A stretch of 64,000 nt of DNA, taken from Amoebidium appalachense. Its lineage: Eukaryota > Protista > Ichthyosporea. Positions 37,688 through 49,978 of the stretch are shown in pieces. The notes beneath the pieces are model-generated. The model ran no database searches. It had not been told where the DNA came from and worked only from the letters and a program-made list of their open reading frames with translations. The stretch lies in assembly GCA_963693365.1 (NCBI GenBank), contig CAVNZM010000003.1, forward strand, positions 11,815,651-11,879,650, written 5' to 3'. Each line of letters opens with the position of its first letter. Position 1 is the first letter of the stretch. Position numbers and translations under genes: made by a program.

Positions 37688-38743
37688 TTAGGCTCTGTGC
37701 CCACCGGTCCCCGGAGGGGTCGATGGACCGGCCCCGGATGGGCCACTGCCGGGACCGCGCCGAGCCCGGGTGACTTCGGCGAGGGTCTTGGCTTGACGAA
37801 CAGCCCGGGTGGCCAAGGCAGGGGGCAGGGGCAGGCTGCGCGCAGGGAGCTCCTCAAACTGCTCTGCAACAGCCCAGTCCCCGTTGGACTGATCAGCAGT
37901 CTGCACAGCCAGCAGACGGCGCACACCAACTTCCACAGCAGGTGACTCCTTGCGGGCCTTAGGGTCGGCGGCCAGCAGCAGATCCAGCATACGGGCAAGC
38001 GTCAGAGCCTCCCGTTTGTTGCGGTAGCTGACCCAATCCGCCGCGTGGACAGCCGCAGTGACTGAGGCCTGGTCAGCCAAGGTGCTCTTGAGGTAGGAAG
38101 GGGCCAGACGTTCTTTGACGCGCAGGTTGACTTTGGCGCCGCTGGAGAGCAGATAACGGCTGGGGTTCGGTTTGGAACGGCCAGAGGAACGACGGCTGCG
38201 AGAGGAACGACCGTAGCCACTGCTGCTGGAATCAGAATCCTCACTCGACGATGGGGTGTCTTCACTGCCGGTGTCGTACGCATAGACAGGCTCCTTGCCC
38301 TTTGCCCGCGCAGACAGCGTGCTCAGCAGGCTGCCGGCAGAGGGCTTCTTGGGGCGACCAGACTGGGCAACAGAGAGGGCTTGCACTTGGGCAGAAAGCG
38401 CCTGCAGCTGCTCTTGGACGTCTACACCGTCAGAACGCCGCTGGGGAGAGGGCGACCCAGGTGGGGGGGAGGCACGGCCGCTGCGAGGAGTGCGACAGAG
38501 CAAGTGCAGCTGGTCGGTGACTTTCCAACCGACCATCTCAGGGTCATCAAAAGCCACCGAGCGCGCCTTGAGGGCTGAAACCACACTGTTGACGGTTTCT
38601 GCCGGCAGGCTGTTCCAGGGGAGGGCGTTGGACTGCAAAGCGGCCAGACTTTTGAGGCTTGCGTCGTCCGCATCGGTAGAGATCTCCAAAAGCTTTTCGA
38701 GGAGAGCGGCTCCCTTGGCGACCAGAGCAGGAGGAGGGGCCAT
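37688..38743 (-). CDS. gag: Gag-like ORF1 of copy 1
   Basis: Intact ORF of ~351 aa from MAPPPALV, with a Ser-rich linker and a helical C-terminus REALTLARMLD..EVGVRRLLAV..GDWAVAEQFE. Conserved in 4 copies. Confidence 0.8.
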   Translation of the reverse strand: MAPPPALVAKGAALLEKLLEISTDADDASLKSLAALQSNALPWNSLPAETVNSVVSALKARSVAFDDPEMVGWKVTDQLHLLCRTPRSGRASPPPGSPSPQRRSDGVDVQEQLQALSAQVQALSVAQSGRPKKPSAGSLLSTLSARAKGKEPVYAYDTGSEDTPSSSEDSDSSSSGYGRSSRSRRSSGRSKPNPSRYLLSSGAKVNLRVKERLAPSYLKSTLADQASVTAAVHAADWVSYRNKREALTLARMLDLLLAADPKARKESPAVEVGVRRLLAVQTADQSNGDWAVAEQFEELPARSLPLPPALATRAVRQAKTLAEVTRARRGPGSGPSGAGPSTPPGTGGHRA

Positions 38744-39028
38744 TGCAATGCTCACAAACCAGACTAGAGCACGAAAACTTGAAAACGAAGACAGGAAAAT
38801 GCAAAAACGTGGGAAAACCGACACCGCAAAAAACGTCCGAAAACCAGCTAAAACGCAACGGCGCGCACGCAAAACTCTTACCAGATGCTGCTGAAGCTAA
38901 GCGCGAGCTCCTGGGCAAAAACAACTAGAGAAAAAACGAACAAGAGCGCGAAAAACGGGGACTACAGTTGCAAAAACTTAGCTAAAAAATTGGGCCTAAA
39001 GAGACCTAAACGCGCTCAGTAGCGCCGC

Positions 39029-39074
39029 AACTGACCTCCCTGGGGCCGCGCAAGCTCATTATAGAGCGCGGCCC
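39029..39074 (-). promoter_or_regulatory. Putative Pol II core promoter within repeat A (TATA box + Inr)
   Basis: On the sense strand, TATAAT starts 31 nt upstream of the A of TCAGTT. The TATA box lies in the loop of the gggccgcgc/gcgcggccc inverted repeat. Confidence 0.6.
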
Positions 39075-40314
39075 ACATTTTTGCCTATGGAAATATGAAG
39101 AAATGACTTAGAACCTATCAAATCCATGAAATCTACCAAAATGGAATTTTTGCTGCACATCAACCAATGAAAAATTTTCACAAGTGGCTAAAACCCCTAG
39201 ATCATAAAGACCAAATCGATTGCCGCCCATTTCGGACTAGATATAACTCAAACTCATCAATATATCCATATGGCATATCCCACAGAACATAAAAACAGCT
39301 ACAGCTCCCTAAATAAAAATGCTAGCAGCCTGAAACTGTGCACACACATCAAACACACCATGGCCTACAGCATTATACTACGACGAAGTTTACAGCACAC
39401 TCGCAACACACAATGTCACTCCAACGGGGCTATCTAATTCTCCTGCAAAGTAAAAACGTTTACAAACTTAATATAGCAGCCTGAAACTTTGCACACATAT
39501 CAAACACACCAAGGCCTACAACATATTACTACTACGAAGTTTACAGCACACTCGCAACACACAATTTCACTCCAACGGGGCTATCTAATTCTTCTGCAAA
39601 GAAAACACGTTTACAAACTAAATATTTGTGCCTGCGGGCCGGTTACGAGCTAGACCTCAACCGCTTTACACCACTCGTGCGTTTTGTTGTAAAAAACTCA
39701 TTCCAAATGATGAGATTAGTTGGCTGTTACACCGTGTGGGTACGGCAGTGCCTCAAAATGCGAACGATCGTCCGAGGATTATTCAAACTGAGTTGGAATC
39801 GCAAATGCTCAGTCTTCTCGAAAATATTGTTGGCCACGGTTCCCACCCATTCCACCCATCCCATCCGCCTATTCCTCCCTCCTCTGTGTTGGATAGTATC
39901 CGGTGGCCAGTTCAAAGTCCGGGATGGCACACATCCACAGAGACTTACTAGCATCATGTACTACCCACTCCTACTAAGGTAGTCCCGAGACCTAGATATA
40001 CAGTATTATTGTCTTTTTCCATAATATAAAGCAGAGGCTATGTATGATTCGGGTTATCAGGTAAGGCGTCATTAAATATCCTCTTTTTAAACGCCTTCAA
40101 GAAGCAGGCATCGTGACAGGTTTAGAGCTGTCTGCTTCCTTGTTGGCTGCCCAGTGCTGGTGGTAATGCTCCCACGGGGAAACCGCTTGAAGTTAAACTT
40201 TAAGGTGAGTCTGTTATCCCTTACTGGTGGGCATTACCCTTTTGGATTAGCCCTTCCTAGTCGTAGAAGATATGAATGGACCTGATGTTTTCTTAGGTAA
40301 TGACAGGATAGACA

Positions 40315-40993
40315 CATCAATTGCCGCCCATTTCGGACTAGATATAACTCAAACTCATCATTATATCCATATGGCATATCCCACAGAACATAAAAAAAGC
40401 TACCTAAGGCTATCTAATTCTCCTGCAAAGAAAACACGTTTACAAACTAAATATGGTGTTTGTGATCTAGGGGTTTTAGCCACTTGTAAATTTTTTTCAT
40501 TGGTTGATGTGCAGCAAAAATTCCATTTTGTTAGATTTCATGGATTTGATAGGTTTTAAGTCATTTCTTTATATTTCCAGTGGCAAAAATGTGGGCCGCG
40601 CTATTTAATGAGCTTGCGCGGCCCCAGGGAGGTCAGTTGCGGCGCTACTGAGCGCGTTTAGGTCTCTTTAGGCCCAAATTTTTAGCTAAGTTTTTGCAAC
40701 TCTAGTCCCCGTTTTTCGCGCTGTTGTTCGTTTTTTCTCTAGTTATTTTTGCCCAGGAGCGCGCGCTTAGCTTCGGCAGCATCTGGTAAGAGTTTTGCGT
40801 GCGCGCCGTTGCGTTTTAGCTATAAGAAAATCAATTGCCGCCCAATTCGGGCTAGATATAACTCACACTCATCAATATGGATAAATCCATATGGCATATC
40901 CCACAGAACATAAAAACACACATGCAACCCACAATTTCACTCCAACGGGGCTATCTACTTCTCCTGCAAAGAAAACACGTTTACAAACTAAAT
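40315..40993. repeat. Scrambled fragments of repeat A and the leader, in both orientations
   Basis: Pieces at 40315-40452, ~40458-40821 (inverted; A plus leader) and 40825-40993. Confidence 0.8.
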
Positions 40994-43188
40994 ATTCTTA
41001 TGCCAACGTCGTCTTTACCAGCCCCAGCAAGGGGATACATGAGCCGGTGCCTGTGGATCAATCTCAGAAGCAGGCACAGGTGTGCCCCACCACTCCCTAC
41101 CTGGCACGGGAAGGAACGAACCATGCCGTGGGTGACTGACGCAGCGCTGCAGCCTGGGCAAGGAGCGACGCAGGCACGCGAATAGAAAGAACAAGAGACT
41201 GGCCGGCCTGCACATACCGGCGGAGGGAGGCATGCGATCTCCATCGACCACGCAGAGCAATCGTCTCTACTGAAACACCCCTGACGTAGTCTCTCGAGGC
41301 ACCACCATGGCGAAGACTGTGAAGATGGAACCCATACTCGTTGAGGACGAGGGAGTCACATGCCGCTTGGAACTTGGCACGCAGAACATCATATGAGAAA
41401 GGAAACAGCCGCGCAGAAGGGGGGGCGCCACGGAACCAGAAGACAGGATGGCCAACAGGGACGGATCGGTGATGGGGACAAACTGATTTGGACCGGTCTT
41501 GGTGTCGGCCAGGCGGATGCCGCCTGTACCGGGTGGCATGTCGTGGGGAACGGGGTCGTCGGGGAAAACAAGATCCGCACGGGTGAGCATAAGCAGCTTA
41601 CTGACTCGAAAATAACACTCAAATCCGAGCAAAACAGCAATACCAAACAAGGGGCCAATTTTGGAATACAAATGATGACCAATGACGAGGACCATTGAAA
41701 ACGGAAGCGGGGGCGTGGTCTTTGCAGGAACAAACCGGTTCCAGCCCTGCAGGCTCCGTTGGGCGGCCTGCAGATGTGGACCCAGGCGTGGCATGAAATA
41801 CTTGATGCCGGCAGCTGTGTTGACACAGCGCTGATGCTGGCCACGCGATGGATCAATGGCATAACACTCCTCAAAATACTCCACCAGGAGGTCGTCCAGT
41901 TCTGCGGGGGACTTGGTGTCGGTGCCAGGGGGCAACCAATCCAGGAACTCAACAACAGCATCCCGGTAGGCCTTGAGGGTTGGGGGCTTTATGGCCTGGT
42001 CAGCCAGAAAACCGCGAGCGACCATCTGCAGGATTGTGGGCTGACGGCAGCCACACACAATACAAACGAATGTCGAGGGCAAGCGTGTAGGCAGCCACCT
42101 GGCGGCATACACGGTTAAGGCGTCGGGATGCTGAACGACCCTTAGCAACAGCCCCAAGCAGCGCCGTCGAATCAAGGCCCAAAAGGTAGCAGGAGCCCTG
42201 GGCAGTCGTAGACCGACCTAATCGACGAAGCCCCAGGAGCAAGGCTTCTCCCTCCAGAATGTTGATGTGGTCGGCGTGGCGCCAACGATGACTGATGTTG
42301 GTGGTCCACCGGCCACCAACAGCTGCCAGGATAGGTGCCGGGGGGGCGGACGGGCTTGGCTCGTGCACAGGACCAGACAGCTGGCTGTAGTGGTCACGCC
42401 GGTTGCAGTGAGGCAGCACTTGGCGGAGAAGCGCTGCTGGAAGCACCCGGGACACCACTGCACCACCCAACAAGGAAGCATCAGTGCAGAACATGGTGCT
42501 AGCAAACCCAGAACGCAAATCACAACGCATCAAAGGGGTCAAAGCACACATCGCCTGAAGCTCCCACACCACGTATGGTGGAAGGGGCTGTTGCCGACCC
42601 CCCAGCTGCTCCACAAAACTGTAGACGGCACTCTGAACCGACAAAAGCGGCCGCTGCAGCAGTGCCGCCCACACCCAACCACCAAGCAACTGCTGCAAAT
42701 GGAGCTGCGTGACGACACCACGACGCAACACGGCCTGGGTTTCCGCCACCAGGCAATCCTCAGGCCCCAGCAACAGATCGGCAAAATCGGCAGGGTTGGG
42801 CAAGTGCACCTTGAGGGCAGGATGATCACGGGCAAAGAACAGGTTGCCACGGCGGCCGTCGGCGGCCGTCAAAAATGACACGGGCTCTGGTGTCATTGGG
42901 GACCCCAAACAGCCCATTGATGAACACTGGTTTTTCCTCAGCGTCGAAATAGTGCACCATGCCGCAGTTTTGAGGCCGAACAAGAAGGGGACCGTATTCC
43001 CCACTGGGAACGTGATGCGCCGGTCGGATGCGGCGCAGCTCTGCAGGCCTCGGCGGGACAGCCTTGAGAAGGCCGTCGTCGCATTTGGCCAAAAACGGCT
43101 GCAGTGTAGGAGACAAAAACTGCAACACGTACACTCTGGCTCCAACCCCAGGGGGTGGAAAAGAAAACACGTTTACAAACTAAATACT
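40994..43188 (-). mobile_element. YR retrotransposon copy 2, 5'-truncated and internally deleted
   Basis: B1 40994-41090, YR 41097-42025 and RH are present. A ~0.5-kb RT deletion at ~42752 removes YVDD. RT is joined at ~43159 to the terminal ~28 bp of repeat A. Confidence 0.88.
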
Positions 43189-43501
43189 CCTTGCAGGAGC
43201 TGTGGACAGCCCGGAGACAGAGTAACAGGACTCCGTGTGCAATGTCCGTGTGCAAGATATGCAGGTGATAGTGGTCGTGAAAATTCGGTGATGTACATAT
43301 GCTGGTCTATATCTTTTGCAGTTTAGGTTTTTATTGGTGAACGAATGTGTTCCTGCATATGTAGACGTTTTGATTAGATTTTAGTCATGAGGTGATCCCG
43401 CCCGCAATAGTTTTGCATGCCGATGCTTTGGTTTAGAGCCTTTTGGCTGCTGTGTGCGTCTTAGCCGCTGTGCCAATAGCATAGTGTAGGTAGGCCTCCT
43501 T

Positions 43502-46500
43502 GTTGTAGGCCTTGGTGTGTTTGATGTGTGTGCAAAGTTTCAGGCTGCTAGCATTTTTATTTAAGGAGCTGTATGCTGTTTTTATGTTCTGTGGGATATG
43601 CCATATGGATATATTGATGAGTTTGAGTTATATCTAGTCCGAAATGGGCGGCAATTGATTTGGTCTTTGTATCTAGGGGTTTTAGCCACTTGTGAAAATT
43701 TTTCATTGGTTGATGTGCAGCAAAAATTCCATTTTGGTAGATTTCATGGATTTGATAGGTTTTAAGTCATTTCTTCATATTTCCATTGGCACAAATGTGG
43801 GCCGCGCTATATAATGAGCTTGCGCGGCCCCAGGGAGGTCAGTTGCGGCGCTACTGAGCGCATTTAGGTCTCTTTAGGCCCAATTTTTTAGCTAAGTTTA
43901 TGCAACTCTAGTCCCCGTTTTTCGCGCTGTTGTTCGTTTTTTCTCTAGTTGTTTTTGCACAGGAGCGCGCGCTTAGCTTCGGCAGCATCTGGTTAGAGTT
44001 GTGCGTGCGCGCGGTTGCGTTTTAGCTGGTTTTCGGACGTTTTTTGCGGTGTCGGTTTTCCCGCGTTTTTGCATTTTCCAGTCTTCGTTTTAAAGTTTTC
44101 GTGCTCTAGTCTGGTTTGTGAACATTGCAATGGCTCCTCCTCCTGCTCTGATCGCCAAGGGGGCCGCTCTCCTCGAGAAGCTTTTGGAGATCTCTACCGA
44201 TGCGGACGACCCAAGTCTCAAAAGTCTGGCCGTTTTGCAGTCCAACGCCCTCCCCTGGAACAGCCTGCCGGCAGAAACCATCAACAGTGTGGTTTCAGCC
44301 CTCAAGGCGCGCTCGGTGGCTTTTGATGACCCTGAGATGGTCAGTTGGAAAGTCACCGACCAGCTGCACTTGCTCTGTCGCACTCCTCGCAGCGGCCGTG
44401 CCTCCCCCCCACCTGGGTCGCCCTCTCCCCAGCGGCGTTCTGACGGTGTAGACGTCCAAGAGCAGCTGCAGGCGCTTTCTGCCCAAGTGCAAGCCCCCTC
44501 TGTTGCCCAGTCTGGTCGCCCCAAGAAGCCCTCTGCCGGCAGCCTGCTGAGCACGCTGTCTGCGCGGGCAAAGGGCAAGGAGCCTGTCTATGCGTACAAC
44601 ACCGGCAGTGAAGTCAACCCATCGTGGAGTGAGGATTCTCATTCCAGCAGCAGTGGCTACAGTCGTTCCTCTCGCAGCCGTCGTTCCTCTGGCCGTTTCA
44701 AACCCAACCCCAGCCGTTATCTGCTCTCCATCGGCGCCAAAGTCAACCTGCGCGTCAAAGAACGTCTGGCCCCTTCCTACCTCAAGAGCACCTTGGCTGA
44801 CCAGGCCTCGGTCACTGCGGCTGTCCACGCGGCGTATTGGGTCAGCTACCGCAACAAACGGGAGGCTCTGACGCTTGCCCGTATGCTGGATCTGCTGCTG
44901 GCCGCCGACCCTAAGGCCCGCAAGGAGTCACCTGCTGTGGAAGTTGGTGTGCGCCGTCTGCTGGCTGTGCAGACTGCTGATCAGTCCAACGGGGACTGGG
45001 CTGTTGCAGAGCAGTTTGAGGAGCTCCCTGCGCGCTGCCTGCCCCTGCCCCCTGCCTTGGCCACCCGGGCTGTTCGTCAAGCCAAGACCCTCGCCGAAGT
45101 CACCCGGGCTCGGCGCGGGCCCGGCAGTGGCCCATCCGGGGCCGGTCCATCGACCCCTCCGGGGACCGGTGGGCACAGGGCCTAAACGGCCCTTTGGGGG
45201 TTCGGCACGCGGTTCTGTATATTATTTTCTTGTGGTTTCCTGCCACGTGCCCTTGATTATATATGCCCCCCCATTTATATAAGGATTCCACAGCTATGCC
45301 ACATCATGTCTTTGCCGCCTCTGATTTGTTTCCTGTTCCGGCCATTCCTGTGCCGGACCGTTCTGGACAAGCCCGTCTACGGAGTCAACGCCGTCGGCAA
45401 CGTCTGTCTCACCGCATGAAGGGGGTTACCTTGGCTAACCGTTGTCTTGGTGCCCTCAACGAGCTGTGGGCAGGCAGCCCTTGCCCATTCCCGACCCGGT
45501 TGGTGAACAGTCACCACCATGCCCTGTGGACCTTTGTCCTTAGGGCCAGCTACGATGCTATACGCGCGGGTGTCTACGACGCTCAGCCTGCGAGTAGTGT
45601 CTTGGCTGCGTTCCTCGCGGCCTACCCTGTATTGACAGGATGGCTACCTCTCACGGCGGCAAATGCCGCTTTGCCACCCCCTGGGGTTGGAGCCACAATG
45701 GACGTGTTGCAGTTTTTGTCTCCTACGCTGCAGCCGTTTTTGGCCAACTGCAACGGCGGCCTTCTCAAGCCTGTTCCGCCGACGCCTGCAGAGCTGCGCC
45801 GCATCCGACCGGCGCATGACGTTCCCAGTGGGGAATACGGTCCCCTGCTTCTTCGGCTTCAAGACTGCGGCATGGTGCACTATTTCGAGGCGCAGGAAAA
45901 ACCACTGGCCATCAATGGGCTGTTTGGGGTCCCCAAAGACACCAGAGCCCGCGTCATTTTTGACGGCCGCCGTGGCAACCTGTTCTTTGCCCGTGATCAT
46001 CCTGCCCTCAAGGTGCACCTGCCCAACCCTGCCGATTTTGCCGATCTGTTGCTGGGGCCTGAGGATTGCCTCTATTTTTGCAAGTCGGACATGGACAACC
46101 AGTTCCATCGTCTTCTTGCCCCCGAGTGGCTGTGGCGGTACTTCGGATTGCCGCCTGTGTCTTCGGAGGCTGTTGGCATTTCTGGGCCCGACCCCGGCCC
46201 TCAAGACCGTGCCCATGGGCTGGGTGCATTCTGTGCTTGTAGGTTTTAAGTCATTTCTTCATATTTCCATTGGCAAAAATGTGGGCCGCTCTATATAATG
46301 AGCTTGCGCGGCCCCAGGGAGGTCAGTTGCGGCGCTACTGAGCGCGTTTAGGTCTCTTTGGGCCCAAATTTTTAGCTAAGTTTTTGCCCACCCACCACAC
46401 CCTTTGCCTATTTAGGCACTAGGCTACGTTTTTTGAGCATGTTTCTGTATGACATTTGTGATTCTTTTCATTGCTCCTGTGGAGCACACCTGTGCCTGCT

Positions 46501-46575
46501 TGTGAGATTGGTCCACAGGCACCGGCTCATGTTTCCTCTTGCTGGGGCTGGTAAAGACGACGTTTGCATAAGAAT
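43502..46575 (+). mobile_element. YR retrotransposon copy in the opposite orientation; RT 3' half, RH and YR are missing
   Basis: Partial A 43502-43903, gag 44130-45185, pol 45263-~46239, then part of A, spacer and B ending cataagAAT at 46575. Confidence 0.88.
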
Positions 46576-46690
46576 TGCATTTTGGTAGATTTCATGGATT
46601 TGATAGGCTCTAAGTCATTTCTTCATATTTCCATAGGCAAAAATGTGGGCCGAGCTATATAATGAGCTTGCACGGCCCCAGGGAGGTCAG

Positions 46691-47967
46691 GGTGCATGCT
46701 GTAATTGTTGCTCAAGATGTCCAGATGGGCAGTTGGCTGACCGAGTCGGCATGGCCCGCATTGACTGCCACTGTGCGAGAGTGCTGCGGCCTGTGGAGGC
46801 CACGCAGCATGCCCTGTATGCTGACGACTGTGGCTGGGTCGGCACAGATGCCGCTGCCATCAATCGTCAGCGTGAATCGTATCATGAAGTTAGCGGCCTG
46901 GCTGGTCTTCTCTCCAACGTCAAAACTGATGTGGCTACTGGTTCTTTGTCGTATATGGTGCTGTTAGGGCTTGAAATGCGTCGTTCTGAGATTTTGCGCC
47001 AGTATGGTGTTTCCTTGTGCCGTCTGGTGGCGGACACCCAGGCTGTTTTGTGTCGTGGTGTCGTCACGCGGCTCCGTTTGCAGAAGTTACTTGGTTAGTG
47101 GTTGTGGGCGACACTGCTGCAGAGGCCGCTTATGTCGGTTCTGAGTGCCGTCTACAGTTTTGTGGAGCAGCTTGGGGGCCGAGAACAGACAGCCCCTTCC
47201 ACTGCCCATGGTGTGGGAGCTTCAGGCGATGCGTGCTTTGGCCCTGTTGATCCGTTGTAATTTGCATTATGGGTTTGCTAGTCTGCACTGATGTTTTTTT
47301 GTTGGGTGGTGCAGTGGCAGTCCCGGGTGCTTCCAGCAACGCTTCTTCGCCATGTGCTGCCTTACTGCAACCGCTGCGGCCACTACAGCCAGCTGTCCGC
47401 TCCCGTGCAAGAGCCAAGCCCGTCTGCCCCCCGGCACCTATCCTTGCAGCGGTTGGTGACCGGTGGACAACCAACATCAGTCATCGTTGGCGCCAATGCG
47501 ACCACATCAACATTCTGGAGGGAGATGCCTTGCTCCTGTTCGTCAATTAGGTCGGTCAACGGCTGCCCGGGGCTCCCGCTACCTCTGGGGCGTTGATTCC
47601 ACGGCGCTGCTTGGGGCTGTTGCTAAGGGTCGTCTTTCAGCATCCCAACGCCTTAACCGTGTATGCGGCCACGTGGCTGTCTGCACGCTTGCCCTCGACA
47701 TTTGTTTGTATTGTGTGTGGCTGCCGTCAGTCCACAATCCTGCAGCCGGTCCCTCGCAGTTTTCTGGCTGACCAGGCCATAAAACCCCCAACCCTCAAGG
47801 CCTACCGGGATACTGTTGTTGAGTTCCTGGATTGGTTGCCCCCTGGCGCCGACACCAAGGCCCCCGCCACACTGGACGTGGAGTATTTTGAGGAGTGTCA
47901 TGCTATTGATCCATCGCCTGGCCAGCGTCAGCGCTGTGTCACCACAGCTGCCGGCATAAAGCATTTT
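46691..47967 (+). pseudogene. More diverged RT/RH/YR fragment of the same family
   Basis: HALYADD, HINILEGDA, NPAAGPSQ and AIKPPTLKAY, with stops and frameshifts. Confidence 0.85.
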
Positions 47968-48414
47968 ATTCTTATGCCAATGTGTCGCCTTTACCAGCCC
48001 CAGCACGGGGATACTTGAGGTGTTGCCTGCTGACCCTAGATCTCAGGCACATGTGTGCTCCACACATGAGCAATCCAAAGCCTTATGAGGCAAGCCTAAT
48101 GAGGCATGTGTGCTCCACTCTTGCCTTGCTGGCATGGGCGGGAAGAGACCATGCCAGGGGGAAAGCGGGCGTCGCGACATAGCACATGGGAGCAGGGAGC
48201 AAGATCCTTGGAAAATAAAAAGAAAATAAACATACCCAAAATACGAAGCTATTAGACACGCACACGTGTGTGTGGGTGTGTGTGTGGCGTGTGTGTATGT
48301 GTGTGTGGTTGTGTAGGTGTGGGTGTGTGTGGGTGTGTGTGTGTGTAGGTGTGTTTGTGGATGGTGTGTGTGTGTGTGTGTGTGTGTGAGTGTGTGTGTA
48401 GGTGTGTGTGTGTG

Positions 48415-48448
<34 letters not shown>

Positions 48449-48455
48449 TGTAGGT

Positions 48456-48499
<44 letters not shown>

Positions 48500-48504
48500 T
48501 GTAG

Positions 48505-48536
<32 letters not shown>

Positions 48537-48562
48537 GTGTGTGTGTGTGTGTGTGTGTGTCA

Positions 48563-48611
<49 letters not shown>

Positions 48612-48641
48612 TGTGAGTGTGTGTGTAGGTGTGTGTGTGTG

Positions 48642-48675
<34 letters not shown>

Positions 48676-48677
48676 TG

Positions 48678-48735
<58 letters not shown>

Positions 48736-48736
48736 A

Positions 48737-48783
<47 letters not shown>

Positions 48784-49790
48784 TGCGGTGGGCGCGCACA
48801 TTGACGGGTGCAAAACTAAAATTCCCCACGAAACTACTATATCAAATTACAAATCAAAATACGTGGGACGGACCATCGGCAGGGTTGCCAGCCGAAGGAA
48901 GCCAGAGCCAAAAGAGACGGATATCAAGGGCCAGCGAATAAGCAGCCACTTGGCGGCAGACACGATTCAGGCGGTGGGAGGCCAAGCGGCCCTTGGCTAC
49001 AGCACCCAGGAGTGCAGTAGAGTCCAGAACCCACACGTAGCGGCGGCTGCGGGCTGAGCAGGAACGGTCCAAGCGGCGCAATCAAGCAGCAGACTCTCTC
49101 CTTCCAGAATGTTGGTGTGGTCGTCGTAGCGCCAACGGTGGCTGATGCCACAGTGTGGTGCTCCAACGGCCCGCATTAAGGGCAGCCAAGACTGAGGCAG
49201 GGGGGGCAGGGACACAGGGCTGGGTGTCTGGGGTGGAAGCCAGCCAGGGTGGTGTAGTGGCCAAGACGTTTGCAGAAGGGCAGGACATCCTAGAGAAGAC
49301 CAGAGGGCAACACACAGGAAACCACAGCACCACCCACCTCGGAGGCGTCCGAGCAGAATTATGGTGGGTGCAAAGGCTAAGTGTAGGTCGCCGCGCAGGA
49401 GAGGGGCGAGGGCACATAGAGTTTCGAGCTCCCAAGCGACCGCAGGCAGAAGGGGAAGCGCCTTGGGACCAAGACGGGCACTCAGTTGGTAGGCGGCATC
49501 AAGAACGGAGAGGGCGGACCGCTGCAACAACAAAACCCACACCCACCAGCCAAGTAGCTGCTGCAGTTGAAGCTTGCTGACGGTGCCACGACGGAGCACA
49601 GCACGAGTCTCCACCAGGAGGCAGGCTAGAGAAGTTGGGGCTGGGTGCACCAACCCAAAGCGGAGCATTTCCAAACCCAACAGGCCCCTGGGCTTGGAGG
49701 AAACGGCAACAACATCTTTGGTGGGGTTGGCAGGCAAACCCGCCGGACCGGTGACGCGATGATAATCTCGCTGCTGCTCCCGCAGGGCAC
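47968..49790 (-). mobile_element. Relic of a second, related YR retrotransposon family
   Basis: Variant B repeat at 47968-48063. RT/RH remnant at ~48867-49790 (GLPANPTKD..LLGLEM..LQQLLGWWVW..HTNILEGE..NPADGPS), with diverged nucleotide sequence. Confidence 0.75.
48264..48785. repeat. Compound (GT)n block with internal duplications
   Basis: Repeated gcgttgtagg and gtcatagt interruptions. Confidence 0.92.
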
Positions 49791-49978
49791 GGGGGTTAGT
49801 GGGGCTGTCCACGCTGCGCCGATGACTGGTTCGGGATTGACAGTCCATCGGATCTCCGATCGACCACATTTGACATATTTGGGTTTTTTGTAAGTCCATC
49901 GGATCGGAGCGTCCAGACTGGTCACGGTTTGACGGCAACGTTGACGCTATATTCAACTTATTTTCTGATGCAGTGTAT

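Larger units (their letters stand above)
32918..39626 (-). mobile_element. YR retrotransposon copy 1 (33852-39473) nested in a solo module (32918-33851 + 39474-39626); Ngaro/PAT-type split direct repeats
   Basis: A1 38970-39473, then gag, RT/RH and YR, then B1 34542-34638, A2 34039-34544, spacer and B2 33852-33947. The outer ends carry the ATT core (32918-32920 and 39624-39626), identical to the internal A/B junction core. No TSD beyond that core. Confidence 0.92.
32650..40205 (+). pseudogene. PIF/Harbinger-like DDE transposase relic with introns, interrupted by YR element copy 1
   Basis: ALGAVDGSHVKL (~32862-32900) lies left of the insertion. A cag|..AMYDSGYQ|gtaagg micro-exon (~40035-40060) lies to its right. 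Confidence 0.45.
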
